A stretch of 60,490 bases of DNA, counting the filler. It is 6 parts of 6 records of this genome, joined end to end, with 100 filler letters (N's around TTAATTAATTAA, not from the genome) between each part and the next. Parts side by side here need not be neighbours in the genome. Positions count along the whole stretch, not along the records: positions 7,400 to 16,299 come from SRR31147125_6277; positions 16,400 to 26,512 come from SRR31147125_6280; 4 more parts are not named here. One strand, given 5' to 3'. Of the stretch, positions 9,814 through 20,132 are shown piece by piece (positions within the stretch are counted from its first letter, which is position 1; each line of letters starts with the position of its first letter). The notes under the pieces are model-generated. The model ran no database searches, was not told where the DNA came from, and was given only the letters and a program-made list of their open reading frames with translations. The position numbers and the translations under genes were made by a program.

Positions 9814-10074
9814 ATGAGTGATATACTCAGTGAAATTAAAGTAAAAATAGTCGAAACGCTCGATCTTGTGGATCTTGATCCGGCAGCGATAGAAGATGAA
9901 GCCATTTTATTCGATCAAAGTGGACTCGGTCTTGATTCCATAGATGTTTTAGAGCTGGTTGTTATGATAGAGCAGGATTACGGCGTAAAGATCGACAATA
10001 AGGAACTTGGCGAAAAAGTTTTCTTCTCAGTCAAAACTCTTGCCGATTACATTTCCGAACAAACAAAGGCTTAA
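9814..10074 (+). CDS. Acyl carrier protein (ApeE-like)
   Basis: LF...GLGLDSIDVLELVVMIEQDYGVKI motif. Confidence 0.92.
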   Translation: MSDILSEIKVKIVETLDLVDLDPAAIEDEAILFDQSGLGLDSIDVLELVVMIEQDYGVKIDNKELGEKVFFSVKTLADYISEQTKA

Positions 10075-10077
10075 ATT

Positions 10078-12251
10078 ATGCCTCGTGCTTTTGTAACGGG
10101 TTTAGGAATTGTCACACCTGCCGGAGCGGGAATTGCTAAAACTCTCGAAGCACTAAAAAAATCAAGCACTTACATTAAACCGCTTGGACTTTTCAAGCCC
10201 GGTAATGATGCTCTTCCTGTTGGTGAGTGTAGTTTTCTCGAAGATGATGAAAAGCTTCCAAGAACTCATAAACTTGCCATGATTGCAGCCAAAGAAGCTT
10301 TGGGGGATTCACATATTCCCGATGCTGTCGTACTTGGATGCACAACAGGCGGCGTTATCGTAACCGAGGATCTTTTGCGAAAAGGTGAGGAAAATCCGGA
10401 GCTTTTCAAGTATCACGGAACCGGAACAGTTGCCGATTATATAGCCGATCAAGTTGGTTGCAAAGGTCAGGCTTTTACGGTTTCCACAGCTTGTTCGAGT
10501 GGTGCTTTGGCTCTCAAAATTGCCTTGCAGCTAATCAGATCAGGGGAGGCCAAATCGGTTCTGGCCGGTGGTGTGGATTCTCTAAGTATGTTGACTTACT
10601 ATGGTTTTTCGCTTTTGCAGCTAATCGATCCTGATGGATCTCGCCCCTTTGATAAATCGAGAGGCGGCATGAGTGTTGCTGAAGGTGCCGGATTGTTGCT
10701 ACTCGAAGCTTGTGATAATCCTCCCGAAAATGCATATGCGGAACTCTCCGGTGCCGGTGCAAGTTGTGATGCATACCATCCGACAAAACCGCATCCGGAA
10801 GGCGAGGGCGCATACAACTCCATGATATCGGCATTAACAGATGCCAATGTAGCAGAAGAAGAAATTTCGTACATAAATCTTCATGGAACCGGCACTCGTG
10901 ATAACGACCTTTCGGAAGCAATGGCGATAAAGTCGATTTTCGGTGAGAAAATTCCGCCATTGTCATCATGTAAAGGTCTATGGGGACATCCGCTTGCTGC
11001 TGCCGGTGGTGTCGAAGCTGTCGTTTCATGTCTGTGTATTCGCAATAATTTGTTGCCTCAAAGTCTCGGTTTTAGCGAGCAGGATCCGGACATCGGAATC
11101 GACCCGATCAAGAATTCCGGCGAAGCTTCCCACAAATCGATTTTATCAAATTCATTCGGTTTTGGTGGAAACAATTCATCGCTTGTGTTTAGCAATACCG
11201 ACAGAATAACAGCCGTTCCAAAGTCCGAATCATCGCCTTTGTCGATCCTCGGATATTCCTGCATTACAGGAGCCGGTCATACTGAAGAAAGTGTTAATAG
11301 CTTTCTAAGTGGCGAAAATACCAGAGGAATTCTCGATCTGAAGGAAGTCTCAAAAGACCTCAATCCAAGGGCTGTGAGAAGAATAAAAGACTCCAGCGAC
11401 TTGCTTTGGCTCTTGCCGATTCTGCATATAAAAAAGCGGAAACAGAAGAAAAACCGGACAAAGTTTTCTTTTCGACCGGTTGGGGGCCGTTATCCGAAAC
11501 ATATGATTTTTTGAAAAAGTTGTATGATTCCGGAGATAAATTTTCAAGCCCGATAGATTTTGTCGGATCTGTGCATAACGCTCCGGCATCTCAAATCGCA
11601 ATGATGTTCAAAGCCAAATCAGCAAATATTACCGGTACCGGAGTTTCGGTCGGTGGTGCTGATTATTCATTTGCTCAGACTCTCAATATGGCGTCATTGC
11701 TGTCATATGACAGTGACAAATCTTTTTTCCTTGTCGGTGCCGATCAAGCACACGAAAAGCTGACGGATTTGTTTAATTCTCATAACAGGAAAAATGATAT
11801 TCTTGGCGATGGAGGCGGAGCCTTCCTGTTGCAACCAGTTGAAGTTACAGGAAAAAATAGCATCAAGCCTCTTTATTATGCTTCATCTGCAACTGAAAAT
11901 AATGGCTTGCAGGCGATAGTAGATCTGCTTGGCGATAGTTTGGAAATAGGCAAAAAAATCGGCGCGATTATGGTGGATATGTCGCCTGAAAACCACAGCC
12001 AGTCAAGCGAACAATTGCAGCAGTTTCTTGCACTCTCTAAACTTGATTGTCCTGTAATCGATTACAAAAAAACCTTGGGAAATTATGCAAGTGTGAGTGC
12101 GGTGGGAGCCGTGATGTCGCATGTGATGTTGACTAACGGAAATATTCCTTCTGTATATTGCCAAGGTTCTTCAGTCGAGCTTGGTGGCAAGTCAATTCTC
12201 AATTTGGGCTTGGGTAAAAACCTCACGGCCTTTATCATTTCTAAAAACTGA
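10078..12251 (+). CDS. Beta-ketoacyl-ACP synthase fused to a chain-length-factor-like domain (about 724 aa); split by a 1-nt deletion at 11385-11388
   Basis: KS triad TACSSG / HGTGT / GHPLAAAG and SNSFGFGGNN. Adding one A gives ...VRRIKRLQRLALALA, joining the second ORF (SPIDFVGSVHNAPA; no catalytic Cys motif). Confidence 0.88.
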
Positions 12252-12266
12252 ATTCCGGATACAAGA

Positions 12267-13616
12267 ATGAAAGTACTACTGATTTCAGCCAACAAGCATC
12301 AGGAGCCATATCCGGTTTATCCGCTTTCTGTTGATTATGTTGCTGGAGCTATTAGCAAAAAAAACGAAACGCGAATTCTCGATTTATGCGCACTTGATCC
12401 TGAAGTCGCAATCCCTGATGCAATCAAAAATTTCTCTCCCGATTTGATCGGATTGTCACTTAGAAATATCGACAATACGGAAGTAAACAATAGCTTCGGC
12501 TTCATTTCTTATTACAAAAAATTGGCCGGAATTATTAGGTCATTTTCAGGTGCTTTGTTGGTACTTGGAGGGGCAGGATTCACCCTTTTTCCTGACAAAC
12601 TTGTACCTTTATTGGGTGCTGACTATGGAGTTGTTGGCGAGGGTGAACGCCTTGCGGATTTGATCGAGGCGTTGGAAAAAGGCAGTGATATCAATGGTTT
12701 AGAAGGAATTATTTCTGCCGAAAACACTTCCGGTTATCCGAAACCGTGGCAGGGAAAACCAGAGAGAGCCATCAAGCTTTGCTCCTCGATCTCGAAACAT
12801 TACATTGAGCGCGGCGGCATGCTCAATTTTCAAACAAAAAGAGGCTGTCCGTTTAATTGCATTTATTGCACTTATCCGCTGATTGAAGGCAGGAATCTGC
12901 GTTTGGTTGAACCTCGGCAAGTTGCTTATTTTGCTAAGGAACTGGAAGATGTTGGAGCGAAATATCTTTTCGTTTCGGATTCAGTTTTCAATTCAAATCA
13001 AAAGCATTCAATGCGAGTTGCAGAAGAAATTAAAAAGGCTGGAGTCTCGATTCCGTGGGGCGCGTTTTTCTCTCCGATAAAACCGATTGATGGTTTTTAT
13101 GAATGCATGAAAGAAGCGGGATTGTCGCACGTAGAATTTGGCACCGAGGCACTTTCTCAAAAAATGCTTCAGAATTATAGGAAGCCATTTTCCGTTGAAG
13201 ATGTTTTCGAGGCGCATAACGCAGCTAATAAAGCCGGACTTAATGTGGCTCATTATTTCATGTTTGGCGGGCCCGGAGAAGACTTGAAAACAGTCAATGA
13301 AACGCTCGAACATATTGAAATGCTTGATAAATCCGCCTTTTTCTTCTTTAGTGGAATTCGCATTTATCCAGGCACCAAGCTTCATCAAATTGCTGCGACG
13401 GAAAATCAAATTTCAAAAGACGACGATTTACTTGAGCCGGTTTTTTATAATTCTGCTAATATCAATGTAATGGAAATTGAACAAAAAATCGCTACCAAAG
13501 CCAATGGTCGAAGAAACTGGGTTATTGGTTCTGGTGACGAAAAAATGAAAAGCATTATTGCTCGTTTGTATGAGAGAGGTTATGTTGGGCCATTATGGGA
13601 AATGCTGATTCCTTAA
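12267..13616 (+). CDS. B12-binding radical SAM protein of the lipid-biosynthesis-associated type
   Basis: N-terminal LLISAN...PYPVYPL, PDLIGLSLRNIDN and LGGAGF cobalamin-binding region; QTKRGCPFNCIYCTY; RIYPGT. Confidence 0.9.
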   Translation: MKVLLISANKHQEPYPVYPLSVDYVAGAISKKNETRILDLCALDPEVAIPDAIKNFSPDLIGLSLRNIDNTEVNNSFGFISYYKKLAGIIRSFSGALLVLGGAGFTLFPDKLVPLLGADYGVVGEGERLADLIEALEKGSDINGLEGIISAENTSGYPKPWQGKPERAIKLCSSISKHYIERGGMLNFQTKRGCPFNCIYCTYPLIEGRNLRLVEPRQVAYFAKELEDVGAKYLFVSDSVFNSNQKHSMRVAEEIKKAGVSIPWGAFFSPIKPIDGFYECMKEAGLSHVEFGTEALSQKMLQNYRKPFSVEDVFEAHNAANKAGLNVAHYFMFGGPGEDLKTVNETLEHIEMLDKSAFFFFSGIRIYPGTKLHQIAATENQISKDDDLLEPVFYNSANINVMEIEQKIATKANGRRNWVIGSGDEKMKSIIARLYERGYVGPLWEMLIP

Positions 13617-15081
13617 AAAAAACGCATATTTGCCCTTTGTCAATCTCGCATCTGGCGTTTGTCGGGGCGATCCAGCTTGCAATAATTCTTGCCTTTTTCG
13701 ACTATTCTCTGGCCGTAATTCCAATTGCAATTTTCATTATCATCGCGCTAATTGCTCCCTTTTTTCAGGGACTTAGCTTCTATTTGCCAATTGTCAGAAA
13801 ACTAAAAAACAGGCAAGCGGTCGCGCTCACTTTCGATGATGGCCCCGACCCTCAGACAACGCCGATTTTATTGAAACTGCTTGCAGAAAAAAACGTCAAA
13901 GCTACCTTTTTTCTAGTGGCAGAAAAAGCGGCCTGCAACAGAAATCTCGTCAAAATGATCCTCGATGCCGGACATGAGATTGGCAGTCATTCCCTTTCGC
14001 ATGACACTTTGATAATGTTGAAAGGCAAAAAAGGCTTGAAAAAGAGATAACAAAAGCGCAGGAAATTTTTGTGACTTTCGGAATTCGTCCGGTTGCTTTT
14101 CGCCCGCCGGTCGGCATTACAAATCCGCATCTTTTTCGTATTTTGATCGAGCATTCCATGTTTTGCGCGGGATTCTCCTGCAAGGGCGGCGATATTGGAA
14201 ATCGCAAAATCGACGGGCTTGCAAAAAAGATTATTTCAAGGGTCAAAGGCGGCGATATAATTCTGCTTCACGATGTATCGCAAAATGAGCTCGACCTGGA
14301 AAAGTGGAAGCTCGAAGTATCCGAAATTATTGATGAAATCAGGAAAAAAAGGCTTGAAATAATTTCAATGGGAAATGGGCTCGAACGTCCTGTGATGGAG
14401 CTCGAAAAATGCGATTCAAATCTCGAAAAAAATAGCCCGATCAGCCTTTTTTACGATTCGATTGCAAGCGATTTTGATAGCGAGCAAGAGAGCGCAGGTC
14501 ACTCGAAATTGAGAGATGAAGAACGAAAACAGATATTGTCGAGCATTGAGACAATCATCAAGCCGAATGCTGAAATACTTGAAATTGGAGCCGGGAGCGG
14601 CAGGTTTACAATCGAGCTTGCAAAGTATTCGAAGAGCGTTTTGGCAAATGATATTTCAGCCGGAATGCTTGCTGTTTTGGATAGAAAGCTTGCTCAGGAA
14701 AAGATCACGAATGTCAGCAGTTTGCAAGGCGACATTTTAGCTTTTAATGATGATCGAGAGTTCGACTGTGTTTGCTCGTTTTCAGCATTTGAATACGTTG
14801 CAGATATTGATGAAATGTTCAATAAAATCAACAGCTTGTTAAATAAAAAAGGTCTTTTGTATTTCACAACTTCGCATCGATCTTTTTACAGGTTTTTCAC
14901 GCAAATCGGCAATGCGCTACGTCAGGGAATCTGGCTTGAAGCACGAAGCAAAAAAGAGATTTCAAAAGCTCTAGAAAGTGCCGGATTTGAGCTTGTAAAC
15001 CTGAATACATTCGGGCTAAAATCTGCCATCAATCGAGGCATGTTAATTGAAGTTTTGGCGAAAAAGGTACGGCATTTATGA
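13595..15081 (+). CDS. Membrane-anchored CE4/NodB polysaccharide deacetylase fused to a class I SAM methyltransferase; split by a 1-nt deletion at 14027-14032
   Basis: LTFDDGP and HEIGSHSLSH in the first ORF; FRPPVG, DIILLHD, then ILEIGAGSGRF and DIS.GML in the second. One extra A restores KRLEKEITKAQ. Confidence 0.85.
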
Positions 15082-15464
15082 AAAGACTTCTTGAATTCAT
15101 TGCGAAAAAAGTCGCAAAAACAAACTACGCCAAAATGGCCGTTGAAGAAAAAACGGACTTGAGTGCATTCAAGGAAAAGCCGTCTCCAAGTCTTGTGATC
15201 GGTGTCGGCCTTATCATCATCAGCATGATACTTGGCTGGCCAGCCGTGTCCGTTTTGGGGATTATTGCAATCTACACAGAAGAGCCGCTTTTTATCGCAA
15301 TCGGTGGCCCCGCAATCTATGGTTTTTCATGGCTTGTTTATTTAGCCGGAATGGTTGTTTCCGGCTATGAAAGCTCCAAGTATTTGAATATATTCATGAA
15401 ATGGTCGCTAAGGAAATTTCTCGAAAAGCATCATCCAAATTTTTGGAAGAGTTTTCCGTTGTAG
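15078..15464 (+). CDS. Hypothetical two-TM membrane protein; may extend to 15607 via a T-run frameshift at 15440-15444
   Basis: ATGA overlap with the upstream gene; two hydrophobic segments; acidic tail in the adjacent frame. Confidence 0.65.
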   Translation: MKRLLEFIAKKVAKTNYAKMAVEEKTDLSAFKEKPSPSLVIGVGLIIISMILGWPAVSVLGIIAIYTEEPLFIAIGGPAIYGFSWLVYLAGMVVSGYESSKYLNIFMKWSLRKFLEKHHPNFWKSFPL

Positions 15465-15537
15465 AAGATTCCAGTGAAAATGAACCAGATGAAGATGAGC
15501 CAGATCAAAGACCTGCTAAAGCTTTAAATTTGGAAGA

Positions 15538-16298
15538 TCAGGGCGAGAATAATTCCTCTGAAAACTCGACTGCCTCGACATCAAGCAACTCGAATTCGAG
15601 CGAATAATCAAACATACCGAATGACTTCAGTTTTATCTTTTCCGAGAAAATTTCGTCTTTATCAAGAAAGTCGATTTCCACTGATTTTTCGATTTTATCG
15701 TTTCTGTATTGGCGTATAAAAAACACGGAATTTATGTGTGGCTCGATGTCAATTGTTGTGCCATTTTTCGTGTATCGACATGTCTCGACCATGTCATTTG
15801 TTCGCCCTAAAAGGGTGTGGATTTGGTTGGGAAAAAGTACATCAGGCGAATATCGGCGAATAATCCTTCGGCAAATGCGGGATCATCAAGAGGCGGCAAA
15901 GCTTTGTAAGTCTTTGTTTTTCCAAAAGAATTTACTCCGTCAAATAGCACCAGACCTTCAACGGACATTAGCACCGCGCGAATTTTATCATGCTTTGGTG
16001 CGGAAATCGTTACGCCCATCATGCTGCTATTATTGTCAAGCGGCAAGCTGGCCTCGATTTTATGAACTGCTCGAATTGCCGAATCCGAAAATGGAAAAGC
16101 GCATTTTTTTCTCAGTTCCTCGGCTTGTTCATTCGGCAAAGGCGTCAGTGGTTTTAGTGTCTGACAGCCGACAGAAATCAATGAGACAAAAATAAGGAAA
16201 AGGAAAATCGATGGTTTTTTCTTAAAACAGAACAACGCTCCGTCATTCCCGCGAAGAGACGCGTCTCGCAGGCGGGAATCCAGTGTAATATCAATCAC
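15538..16298 (-). CDS. Lipoprotein (possibly DUF3261-like, as in aryl-polyene clusters); frameshift near 15809-15812; start uncertain
   Basis: KKK + hydrophobic stretch + lipobox ISVG-C. One extra T joins ...STPF to LGRTNDMVETC... (ORF 15538..15792). Confidence 0.6.
16241..16283 (+). repeat. CGTC-type REP-like palindrome with an internal second palindrome
   Basis: CGTC-ATTCCCGC-GAA-GAGACGCGTCTC-GCAG-GCGGGAAT-CCAG. Confidence 0.7.
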
Positions 16299-16299
16299 T

Positions 16300-16399
16300 N
16301 NNNNNNNNNNNNNNNNNNNNNNNNNNNNNNNNNNNNNNNNNNNTTAATTAATTAANNNNNNNNNNNNNNNNNNNNNNNNNNNNNNNNNNNNNNNNNNNN
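16300..16399. other. Artificial contig linker
   Basis: N44-TTAATTAATTAA-N44. Confidence 0.99.
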
Positions 16400-18604
16400 G
16401 GGAAGCTGGATGGAAGGGATGCCGATTTTGCTGTTACTAGTCCGGCTATGGCCGCGGCAGTAAAAGAAAGTGTACCAGAAATAGAAGAAGTCACTCGTTT
16501 GAGACACCGTGGTGATGCAACTATATTTTTTGAAGACAAACAAATTGAGGCAAATCAAATGTTGGTTGCCGATCCAAATATTTTTTCATTTTTTGGTATT
16601 CCAATAACTACAGAACGCAACGTAATATTTGAAGATTTTGACGATATTGCAATAGCAAGAAGCTTGGCTGAAGCGCATTTCGGGACAGCAGAAAATGCAT
16701 TGAATAAAATTGTTGGAATAAGTGGAGAAAATTGCGCTATCACTGCAATTTTTGACGATCTCCCATCAAACTTCCACCTCCAAACCCAATTAGTAAAACA
16801 CATAAAAGATGATAGACCGGAAGAAATTGGTTGGGGCAGTCAGAATTATTACACATACATAAAAACAAAAAACGCCAACACTGATGTTGATGAATTAAGC
16901 TTCAAATTAACAAAAACTGTTTATTCTAACTGGGACGATGATATTGATGGTGCACAGGCAACATCATGGGAAGACTTAAAATACCATGCTGAAACTTACA
17001 TTTTCTACAATGCTGAACCAATAACAGATATTCATTTTAGCAAGCATCGATTTGATCCGGCAGTAACAGCAAGTAAAACTTATGTGTATGGTGCAATAGC
17101 ACTTTCAATACTTGTGTTGCTTATTTCATCAATCAATTATGTAAATCTTACAATTGCAAACTTCTCTACCCGGTTTAAAGAATTGGGTATTAGAAAAACC
17201 AACGGGGCAAGAAAAAACCAAATTGCAAGTCAGTTTATAAGTGAATCTCTATTTTTCTGGATAATTGGTTTTGCAATAGCAGTAACTTTATACGAACTTT
17301 CAGAATCTTATTTGTCTAATTTTCTTGGCTTTGAGATAATCATAACAAAAATTGAACTTGTAAAAATCACCCTGATTTCATTTATTGTTTTAATAGTTTT
17401 TAATGTCGTTACTATATTACTTCCCATCTTATCAGCATCAGGCAAGAAAACACTTGCTCTTATTAAGGAAGAAAGAACATCAAACAATAAATTTTCTGCG
17501 AAGAATAGCTTTGTCCTTATTCAATTTGTTTTATCTGCATTTATAATTCTCAGCACAATTACTGTTCAAAAACAAGTGAATTTTCTGGTAAATAAAGATC
17601 GTGGATATGATAAAGAGAATATAATTTCTCTTGTAATGTGGAACATGAGCCCTAAAAAAAGAAAAGCTTTCCTTGATGAATTACAAAACTATCCTCAGGT
17701 TCTAAGTATTTCAACAAGCGATGTATACATTGGTGGCGACCCTAGTATGAACAGTGCTTTTTTTGAGACAATTGAAGACGAAAATTATTTTCACACAAGT
17801 ATATTTCCCGTTGATGATGAGTTTGCAAATACTTTTAACCTTGAGGTTTTAAAAGGCAGGTTCTTTGAAAAAGAAAAGCAAACAGATTTTGAATGTGCAC
17901 TGCTAAATGAAACAGCAGCCAATGAATATGAAGGTAATGGCTCCATTATGGGTAAGAACCTGCTGCTTGACGGAAGAACCTACCGGGTAATCGGAATTGT
18001 TAAAGATTTTAATTTTCGCTCTTTGTACCATGAGATTCAACCCTTGGTTTTTACCAGAATAGAAAACTTTGGTAATGTATTTATCAAAATAAGAAATAAA
18101 CAAATACCGGAAGCAACTCAGATACTAAAGGAACAATGGGAAAAATTCAATTTCGATATTCCGCTTGAATATGAATTTCATGATCAGGTAATCGCAGATC
18201 ATTACATCAAAGATCAACAAGCAAAAAAACTATTGCTTTTTCTTTCTATTATCTCAATATTAATTGCTTGTGTTGGTTTGTATGCAATTAGTTTATTTAC
18301 AATCTTGAGAAAAACCAAAGAAATTGGAGTGAGAAAAGTGAATGGGGCAAAACTTGGAGAGATTGTCTTTATGCTTAATAAAGATTTCCTCAAATGGGTA
18401 ATAACAGCATTTGTGATTGCGTGCCCCGTTTCATACTTTGCTATGTCAAAATGGTTAGAAAATTTTGCGTACAAAATAGAAATAGGCTGGCTTATTTTTG
18501 CCCTGGGTGGTATAACAGCCATAGTAATTGCATTATTTACTGTTAGCCTGCAATCGTTTAAAGCAGCAAATAAAAATCCAGTTGAAGCACTACGTTATGA
18601 ATGA
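16400..18604 (+). CDS. MacB/FtsX-family ABC transporter permease (Bacteroidota type), 5'-partial
   Basis: Frame is open from the contig edge; INYVNL...R.KELGIRK..GA, KEIGVRKVNGA, C-terminal NPVEALRYE. Confidence 0.92.
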   Translation, partial: GKLDGRDADFAVTSPAMAAAVKESVPEIEEVTRLRHRGDATIFFEDKQIEANQMLVADPNIFSFFGIPITTERNVIFEDFDDIAIARSLAEAHFGTAENALNKIVGISGENCAITAIFDDLPSNFHLQTQLVKHIKDDRPEEIGWGSQNYYTYIKTKNANTDVDELSFKLTKTVYSNWDDDIDGAQATSWEDLKYHAETYIFYNAEPITDIHFSKHRFDPAVTASKTYVYGAIALSILVLLISSINYVNLTIANFSTRFKELGIRKTNGARKNQIASQFISESLFFWIIGFAIAVTLYELSESYLSNFLGFEIIITKIELVKITLISFIVLIVFNVVTILLPILSASGKKTLALIKEERTSNNKFSAKNSFVLIQFVLSAFIILSTITVQKQVNFLVNKDRGYDKENIISLVMWNMSPKKRKAFLDELQNYPQVLSISTSDVYIGGDPSMNSAFFETIEDENYFHTSIFPVDDEFANTFNLEVLKGRFFEKEKQTDFECALLNETAANEYEGNGSIMGKNLLLDGRTYRVIGIVKDFNFRSLYHEIQPLVFTRIENFGNVFIKIRNKQIPEATQILKEQWEKFNFDIPLEYEFHDQVIADHYIKDQQAKKLLLFLSIISILIACVGLYAISLFTILRKTKEIGVRKVNGAKLGEIVFMLNKDFLKWVITAFVIACPVSYFAMSKWLENFAYKIEIGWLIFALGGITAIVIALFTVSLQSFKAANKNPVEALRYE

Positions 18605-18706
18605 CAAATTATTAATGTTAACTGATTAATTAATAATTTTATATACAAATAGGAATCAATGATTTATTATACATTACACATTAATCATTATTAATAAAAA
18701 AAAGCT

Positions 18707-19408
18707 ATGATTGAATTAAAAAACATTTACAGATATTTCGACAGTAAATTCCAAAGAAATTTTGTTCTAAAAGATGTAAGCCTGGATATCCAGGAAGGGG
18801 AATTTTTATCCATCATGGGACCTAGTGGTGCTGGTAAATCAACACTTTTAAATATTATCGGATTGCTTGATGAACCTAATGAAGGTGAATATAAATTATA
18901 CGAACAATCGGTTCTTAAACTAAAGGAAAAAAAGAAAGCCGAATACCACAGAAATCTAATTGGGTTTATATTCCAGGCATACCACTTAATTGACGAGTTA
19001 AATGTGTACGAAAACATAGAAACTCCTCTAATCTATAAAGGTGTAAAATTAGGCGAACGAAAAGCCCTTGTTGCCGATATACTTGACAGATTTAACATCG
19101 TTGCCAAAAAAGATTTATTCCCAAACCAACTTTCCGGTGGCCAGCAGCAGCTTGTTGGAATTGCAAGAGCAATAATTGGTAAGCCAAAAATATTACTTGC
19201 CGACGAACCAACTGGCAACCTCCATTCCGATCAAGGAAAGGTAATTATGGATTTGTTAGACAAACTCAATAAAGAAGAGGGAATGACAATCATCCAGGTT
19301 ACACACTCTGAAACAAATGCAAAATACGGCGATCGAATAATTAGAATTGAGGACGGATTAATTCACACCGAATATTCAAAAAATTTAGAGGTAGAAACAA
19401 AATCATAA
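18707..19408 (+). CDS. ABC transporter ATP-binding protein (LolD/MacB-type)
   Basis: Walker [31 protein letters not shown]. Confidence 0.95.
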   Translation: MIELKNIYRYFDSKFQRNFVLKDVSLDIQEGEFLSIMGPSGAGKSTLLNIIGLLDEPNEGEYKLYEQSVLKLKEKKKAEYHRNLIGFIFQAYHLIDELNVYENIETPLIYKGVKLGERKALVADILDRFNIVAKKDLFPNQLSGGQQQLVGIARAIIGKPKILLADEPTGNLHSDQGKVIMDLLDKLNKEEGMTIIQVTHSETNAKYGDRIIRIEDGLIHTEYSKNLEVETKS

Positions 19409-19478
19409 GTAATCAGCTAACAGTGATCAGCAAATAGTATTCTAATTGCTGATCACTGTTAACCGATTACCGAATACT
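19408..19478. repeat. Heptamer-built inverted repeat between convergent genes (likely bidirectional terminator or stabiliser)
   Basis: Perfect 16-bp arms TAACAGTGATCAGCAA / TTGCTGATCACTGTTA embedded in AGNNNNN heptamer units. Confidence 0.7.
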
Positions 19479-19481
19479 TTT

Positions 19482-20132
19482 TTAAGTCAACTTACTTCCA
19501 ATTAAATGGATGAACTCCTCGCGTGTCTTCGAGTTCTTAATAAATGCACCGGTAAATGCAGATGTGGTAGTAACTGAATTTTGTTTTTGTACACCACGCA
19601 TTACCATGCAAAGATGCTTGGCTTCAATTACAACGGCAACACCCAGGGGTTCAAGTGTTTCTTGAATGCAATTTCTAATTTGCGTTGTCAACCTTTCCTG
19701 TACTTGCAACCTACGTGAAAAAGCTTCAACCACGCGGGCAATTTTACTTAATCCGGTAATATAGCCATTGGGAATATAAGCAACATGTGCTTTGCCAAAA
19801 AATGGAATCATGTGGTGCTCACACATTGAAAAGAGGTCGATATCCTTTACCAATACCATTTGTTGGTATTCTTCTTCAAATTTTGCTGAAGTAAGAATTT
19901 TCACCGGATCCATTTTATACCCTTGCAACAAAAATTGCATTGATTTTGCGACCCGCGTAGGGGTATCTTTCAAGCCTTCCCGCTCAGGATCTTCTCCCAG
20001 TTTTGAAAGTATTTTTTCGTAATAACCAGCTACCTCAATGGTTGTGTCATGATTATACCTGTCTATTCGCGTATACCCTTCCTCATCAACAAAATGATTA
20101 AAATCTTCTTTGAATTTTATATCCTTATCCAT
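19482..20132 (-). CDS. folE: GTP cyclohydrolase I
   Basis: [45 protein letters not shown]. Confidence 0.97.
   Translation of the reverse strand: MDKDIKFKEDFNHFVDEEGYTRIDRYNHDTTIEVAGYYEKILSKLGEDPEREGLKDTPTRVAKSMQFLLQGYKMDPVKILTSAKFEEEYQQMVLVKDIDLFSMCEHHMIPFFGKAHVAYIPNGYITGLSKIARVVEAFSRRLQVQERLTTQIRNCIQETLEPLGVAVVIEAKHLCMVMRGVQKQNSVTTTSAFTGAFIKNSKTREEFIHLIGSKLT

Noticed and set aside
11385-14032. Programmed frameshifting or phase variation in the KS-CLF and deacetylase genes
   Set aside because: The runs are short (A4, A6), and the same one-base loss affects unrelated housekeeping genes in other contigs, which points to sequencing error.
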